Virus record (IMG/VR): IMGVR_UViG_3300008255_000058
Coordinates: 1-39,201 of that record
Reading direction: 5' to 3' (one strand)
From: a virus
Lineage: Duplodnaviria; Caudoviricetes
DNA length: 39,201 nucleotides
How positions within the stretch are numbered: position 1 is the stretch's first letter; every line of letters starts with the position of its first letter. The notes under the pieces are model-generated. The model was not told where the DNA came from. It ran no database searches and worked only from the letters and a program-made list of their open reading frames with translations. Below, in pieces: positions 34,596 to 39,201 of this stretch. Both the position numbers and the translations under genes were made by a program.

Positions 34596-34961
34596 TTACC
34601 TCGTTGTGATTCCGTCGCCGGTGCGCGTCGTCAGGTTGATCTGCGACACAGCCTTGTTGACCGCGAACTTGATCGCCGCACGGTCGGGCTTGATCTTCTT
34701 GCGGGGCTTGGGGTCGAGCACCGAGCTGTCATTGCCGACCTCGATCACGCCCGCGTCGCGATAGGACTGGCGCAGCTTGCGCTTGGACGTGAACACCTCA
34801 CCATTGTGCTGACCCTCGAGAGGCGCCATCTCGTCCCGGATGATCATCGGCGCCGCCAGCTCTGACCGGTTGTCGGGCATGAATTCGCGGTGATTATCCG
34901 GCCAGTCAGCGATCGAATGCAGTTCGCCGCAGAAACGGCACAGGCGGTACGTCTTACGCAT
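34596..34961 (-). CDS. Conserved phage protein between portal and scaffold
   Basis: CRFC, APMIIRD, FTSKRKLR..Y...GVIEVGND. Confidence 0.75.
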   Translation of the reverse strand: MRKTYRLCRFCGELHSIADWPDNHREFMPDNRSELAAPMIIRDEMAPLEGQHNGEVFTSKRKLRQSYRDAGVIEVGNDSSVLDPKPRKKIKPDRAAIKFAVNKAVSQINLTTRTGDGITTR

Positions 34962-37125
34962 GCGGCTGTCCCCCTCCGTTTGATCCGCCCGGCTTGGGCG
35001 GCGGCATCTTCGCCCGCTTCTCGGCCTCCTCGACCGCCATTTCCTTCAAACGCACGTCGAGCTGCTTGATCACGATATCCATGCCCTTGAGCCGCTCGGT
35101 CATTTCAAGCATCTGCTGCTGGTGCTGGCCCTTCATGACCTCGATCTCGCCCTTGAGCTGGATCTCGCGCTGCCTGGCCTCGGCCTGGGCGGTTTTCGCC
35201 TGCATATCCATCATGCGAACCTGACCGTCATGCTGCTGCTTCTGCTGGTCGCCCTGCTGCTTGAGCTGGGCCAGATGCTGCGTGCTCGAGGCCTTGAGCT
35301 CAGCAAGCTGCTTGGCGCTTTCGGCCTTGATCGTCTCCGGATCCGGGCCCTGGTCCTGCGGCTGGGCCGCGCGCTCCTTGATCTTCTCGACCAGGTCGTC
35401 GATCGCGCCTTCCATGCCGCGACCTGCCCTGAATGGCGCCGTGCCAAACTGAAGTATCTCGCCGACAAACTCTGCGGCTTCCGGTGCGGCCTGCAGCAAC
35501 GGCAAGGCGTTCTGCAGCAGCGTGCCAACGACCTGCGTGAACTCGGTCCGGCGCTGCTTCTCGGCATCCTCGTCGGGCTGGATCGTCGAGTCCGTCTCAA
35601 TATCGAGAATGAACGGCCGCAGGCGCTCGTCCTTGAGCAGCGCGATGACCTGGTCGATCGTCACAGTAGCCTGCAATTCCTGCAGCTGGGCCGCAGCCTG
35701 CTGCTGCTGTTCCGGCGGCATCTGCTGGACCTGCTGCATGGCCTGCTCGACCTGCGCCGCAATGTCCTGGGCCGTTGGCAACTCGGCCTGCGTCATCATC
35801 ACGATCGACTGCGGGTCAAATACTTCGGCGATGATCTCACCCTGCAGCGCCGTGCCGTCGCGGCACAGGCGAACCATTTCCGCCTGGCGCTCGCGCACCC
35901 GGACCGAACCGTACTGGCTTTTCAGCTGCTGCGCCGTCGCTGTCTCGCTGGCCGCCGTCGAGCCGCGCATGATGTCCGAAATCCCCGTGATCTCGTAAAC
36001 GTCCTCGATCAGCTGCCGCCGCAGCATCACCAGCTCCTTGATCGTGCTGGCGATCATATCCAGCGGCAGCCAGACGATTGCGTCTTTCAGGGATCCACTG
36101 CCAAACGCCGCCATGCTCGTGACCGGCGTCAGCACCGCCGTGTCGCTCGTCGTCTTCAGTGAGGTTGCAAGGGCCTTGGAAACATCCTCGACGCCGCTGG
36201 CATAGAAACCGCGCAGGCGCAGGGCATCCGACAGCGCCGCGATCCGGCTAGTGAGACTGTTAATCTCCTCGATCTGGTCCTTGTAGTAGAGGTAATCAGG
36301 AACCGGCTTCAGGCTGTCGGGCTCGCGGGTGCCATAGGCTGGCTCGGGGCATGGGAAAAACCCGTCGAAGCTGATGTGCGGCTCGGCAATGTCGAGCACC
36401 TGGTCAAAGTTGGGGCTGACCCAGCAAACGACGCCGAGCGCCTTGTGCCAGATCTCCCAGATCTCCGCCTTTTTGTCGAACGTGTATTCCTCAGGCGTGT
36501 CGGTCTTCTTGTCCGATAGCGCCAGCTTCAAAAACTTTTTGCCGAACCGCTTCACGCCCTTGTCGACGCCAATAAATGAACGCCGCGCGACCCAGCCCAC
36601 TTCTGGCCAGGATCGCGCTGGCTCGTGCACGAAATCCTTGCGGTTCAGGTGCTCGAGGCAGGCATACTCGTACTTGCCGCCGCGCAAGTCATAACGGGCC
36701 CAGAGCACGCCGCGGCCCGATCGGGCAAGATCGTCACGGGCCTTCAGGTACTGGCGGTGCGCATTGTCCAGCTCGGCGTTGGCGACCAGCGCGCGCTCAA
36801 GCACCTCGGACGTTTCACGCGGCAGAGGCTTGCGGTCCTTGAACCGCGGCACCACAACGGGCTGCGGCGGGCGAGAATAGATCGACGGCAGAAGGGTCTC
36901 GAGATTGGCCCAGAACATCTGAAACTGAGACTTGCGGCCCGCCGTCTTGAGTTTCTCGAGGCTCGCATATTCCTTATCGATCTGGTCGCACGTATCCTGC
37001 CAGGGCTGGAACACGCGCTCGGCGTCGGCGATCATGTCGAGCCAGGGCTTGGCGTCGTCTTTGTCCTTGAACTTGTAAGAGGTGAAATCCTCTTTCGTCA
37101 TTGCATCGGGAGACGATTCAACCAT
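34954..37125 (-). CDS. Portal protein (podovirus type)
   Basis: 723 aa after TerL; YEITGISDIMRG..ETATAQQLK; Q-rich C-terminal barrel. Confidence 0.85.
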   Translation of the reverse strand: MVESSPDAMTKEDFTSYKFKDKDDAKPWLDMIADAERVFQPWQDTCDQIDKEYASLEKLKTAGRKSQFQMFWANLETLLPSIYSRPPQPVVVPRFKDRKPLPRETSEVLERALVANAELDNAHRQYLKARDDLARSGRGVLWARYDLRGGKYEYACLEHLNRKDFVHEPARSWPEVGWVARRSFIGVDKGVKRFGKKFLKLALSDKKTDTPEEYTFDKKAEIWEIWHKALGVVCWVSPNFDQVLDIAEPHISFDGFFPCPEPAYGTREPDSLKPVPDYLYYKDQIEEINSLTSRIAALSDALRLRGFYASGVEDVSKALATSLKTTSDTAVLTPVTSMAAFGSGSLKDAIVWLPLDMIASTIKELVMLRRQLIEDVYEITGISDIMRGSTAASETATAQQLKSQYGSVRVRERQAEMVRLCRDGTALQGEIIAEVFDPQSIVMMTQAELPTAQDIAAQVEQAMQQVQQMPPEQQQQAAAQLQELQATVTIDQVIALLKDERLRPFILDIETDSTIQPDEDAEKQRRTEFTQVVGTLLQNALPLLQAAPEAAEFVGEILQFGTAPFRAGRGMEGAIDDLVEKIKERAAQPQDQGPDPETIKAESAKQLAELKASSTQHLAQLKQQGDQQKQQHDGQVRMMDMQAKTAQAEARQREIQLKGEIEVMKGQHQQQMLEMTERLKGMDIVIKQLDVRLKEMAVEEAEKRAKMPPPKPGGSNGGGQPHA

Positions 37126-37137
37126 GCGCGGGCCTCC

Positions 37138-38502
37138 CTAGTGCACCTCCGGAACGTCAAGGACAAACCCGGTATTCTGTTGCGGAATCGCCACGTCGGC
37201 GAGCAGCCGAGGTGCGCTGCGCCAGGCCAGCGACATGTATCGGAAGGCGTCGGCAGGGTGACTCGCCCAATCGTGGACCTCGGTCGGCTTGAAGGTCTTT
37301 TTCTGGTCGTCCCACTCACGCCGGTACTGCTCGAGCGCAGCCAGTCCGAGATCCTCGCAGCGCGGATGAAACACGCAGCGCGGCAACGTCTTGCGGGCCG
37401 CGTTGATGCCGTTCACTTTTGAAACGCTGGGCACCAGTTCGGGGCGCAGGCCCAGCTTGACCATTTGGTCAATCGTCGTCTTTGCGCCCTCGACAAACTT
37501 GCGCTGCGCCGCGTCGTGCGGAACGTAATCCACGCCGTCGATCCAGCCATGCTCCTCGCGGCGCTTCCTGATCTCCTCGGCAAAATGCTCAGGCCCTGCA
37601 CTGTTCGCCGCATAGCAGTCGAGAACCAGTATCTGCAGGCCGACGACCTGGTACCACCAAATCGCCGTATCGTCCTTGACACCAATGTCCCAGGCGCGGT
37701 GCACCGGGAAGCCTGGCAGCGCCTGGGCCTCCTCGGTAACGCGGCCCTCGTTGCGCACGTCCTGCATTTCTTCGGCATAGAATGCACCAATGATCGCCGC
37801 GTTGAAGTTGCAGTGATACTCCTGCTGCACCAGGGATTTCGCGATCGCCAGCGAGCCATAAAGATCGGTGTATTCGTCCTCGGCTTCCTGCAGCTGTTCC
37901 CTGGTCAGAGCCTTGGTGTGGGCAATGTTGCTCAGTTCTGAAAACCAGCGCTCGGACTTGAGTCCGCGCTGGTACATGGCCCGGGCATGGTTGCGACCGC
38001 GCGGCGTCGTGATGAACGCGGCCCAGCCGCCATTCTCCTCGAGCATCGGTCGCATGTAGGCCCAAGCCGACGGGTTGGCCAAAGCCCACTCTGAAAACGT
38101 AATGCCGGCAATGCCGCCGCCGACCAGGCTGTTGTACCGGTCCGACCCGATGACCTGCCACGTCGCGCCGTTTTTCAGCGTGATCATCATTTCCTGGTCG
38201 TTGATCTTGCCGATCAGCTCGGCCGGGAAAGCCTCAAAGATCCGGCGCCTGCCGGTGTGCGCGTTGACCGCCTGCCAGATGCCCTTGCGCGCCATGGCGT
38301 ACTCAGGAAAGCAGTGCCAGTAGTTGGCCGGCCGCTCCATCATCTTGATCACCGAGCCGTGCAGGCAGATCTCGTCCTTGCCCCAGCGCCGGTGCGCGAT
38401 CTCTATGAGCCGGTCCTTGCCCTCTTTCTGCCAGGCATCCCAGAACGGCTGCTGGTACCAGCGCGGGCGCCAGCCGCCATGCGGCAGGTGCACCTTGGCC
38501 AT
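37138..38502 (-). CDS. terL: Terminase large subunit
   Basis: HRRWGKD Walker A, ITFSEW Walker B, TTPRGRNH, AWDIG..DDTAIW, PHDA, HDWASHPADAFRY. Confidence 0.95.
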   Translation of the reverse strand: MAKVHLPHGGWRPRWYQQPFWDAWQKEGKDRLIEIAHRRWGKDEICLHGSVIKMMERPANYWHCFPEYAMARKGIWQAVNAHTGRRRIFEAFPAELIGKINDQEMMITLKNGATWQVIGSDRYNSLVGGGIAGITFSEWALANPSAWAYMRPMLEENGGWAAFITTPRGRNHARAMYQRGLKSERWFSELSNIAHTKALTREQLQEAEDEYTDLYGSLAIAKSLVQQEYHCNFNAAIIGAFYAEEMQDVRNEGRVTEEAQALPGFPVHRAWDIGVKDDTAIWWYQVVGLQILVLDCYAANSAGPEHFAEEIRKRREEHGWIDGVDYVPHDAAQRKFVEGAKTTIDQMVKLGLRPELVPSVSKVNGINAARKTLPRCVFHPRCEDLGLAALEQYRREWDDQKKTFKPTEVHDWASHPADAFRYMSLAWRSAPRLLADVAIPQQNTGFVLDVPEVH

Positions 38503-38925
38503 TTACTTGTTGATGATGACCTGGATCGGGCCGTCAGTGCTGAGGTCGACCTTGGGGCCGTATTTCTTCGGTGCGAGCTTTTCGGCCCTATACTTGCGAA
38601 CCTCGATACGCATCGCAGACCGGCGCAGCGCGTCGCCGTTCTCCTGCCAGCCGACGACATTGCCTTCCTTGTCCTTCTTCGCCATCCAGTCATTCGTGCC
38701 GTCATCAGCAATTTCTAGGATCTCATCGAAATGCGTGTCGGCCTGGATTTCGCGCGCCCGCGTGTATTGCTCCGAAAACCGCTCATTCTCAGCCAGCCAC
38801 TTGTACACTGTCGACTGTGCCGGCATTTTCGTGTCGGCGACGACCTGGCGCATGCTTTCGCCAGCCATCAGCCGCCGGCAGATCACATTCGCCAATGCCT
38901 GCGTGAATTTACTTGGTCTTGCCAT
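38503..38925 (-). CDS. terS: Terminase small subunit (Sf6-like)
   Basis: MARPSKFT..ICRRLMAGESMR..MP..TVYKWL..FSEQYTRARE..KLAPKKYG. Confidence 0.92.
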   Translation of the reverse strand: MARPSKFTQALANVICRRLMAGESMRQVVADTKMPAQSTVYKWLAENERFSEQYTRAREIQADTHFDEILEIADDGTNDWMAKKDKEGNVVGWQENGDALRRSAMRIEVRKYRAEKLAPKKYGPKVDLSTDGPIQVIINK

Positions 38926-39014
38926 GTCATGAATCCTTCGCGGTTTGAGCGCTGAAGTCTTTCTGCGTTGGCCCTTTTACGGATTGTCGCTGGAAGTCTG
39001 GTTGATGAAAGGGA

Positions 39015-39078
39015 TCAGGCCTTCGGCTTTGACTTGCCCGGCTCGAATGTCTTGAACCGGCGGGCCCACTTCACGGCG
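39015..39078 (-). CDS. 3' part of the junction-spanning membrane protein (stop TGA at 39015-39017)
   Basis: In-frame continuation of the 1-167 ORF after circularisation. Confidence 0.7.
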
Positions 39079-39201
39079 GCAAAATAAGCGCCCGCCGCAA
39101 CGACGTAGGCCACGAACGGCACAAGCTCGACCGGAATGATATCGAACCCCGGAAACAGGAACGTATCGACAGCCACGACAGCCGAGCCGCCGATCGCGCC
39201 A
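39079..39201. repeat. Direct terminal repeat, copy 2
   Basis: Exact copy of 1-123. Confidence 0.95.

Noticed and set aside
39069-39079. CTTCACGGCGG resembling the tRNA-Glu anticodon arm
   Set aside because: Short match inside the junction-spanning CDS with no surrounding tRNA structure

Overview
The window looks like a complete, circularly permuted temperate phage genome of about 39,078 bp. Bases 1-123 are repeated exactly at 39079-39201, and an ORF reads through that junction. It is GC-rich with P22/podovirus-like architecture, and the host is probably an alphaproteobacterium (inference). Early region: a short XRE repressor and a Cro-like gene with five palindromic operators. The left arm (+ strand) carries accessory genes, an excisionase, a tyrosine integrase and an attP matching a tRNA-Glu 3' end. 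The right arm (- strand) carries an MT-A70 methylase, a DUF1376/YdaU replication protein, a PcfJ-like protein and a NusG-family antiterminator. Late operon (- strand): a long structured leader, a holin-like gene, terminases, portal, scaffold, capsid, tail adaptor/nozzle, three ejection proteins, an immI/sie-like insert with an HNH-AP2 endonuclease, a tail fibre and a lysis region. The most unusual element is a translationally coupled run of a small protein, a multi-TM/coiled-coil protein, a lidless DnaK-derived Hsp70, an atypical membrane-anchored GH24 endolysin and the spanins. All family assignments are by-eye motif recognition, not database hits.
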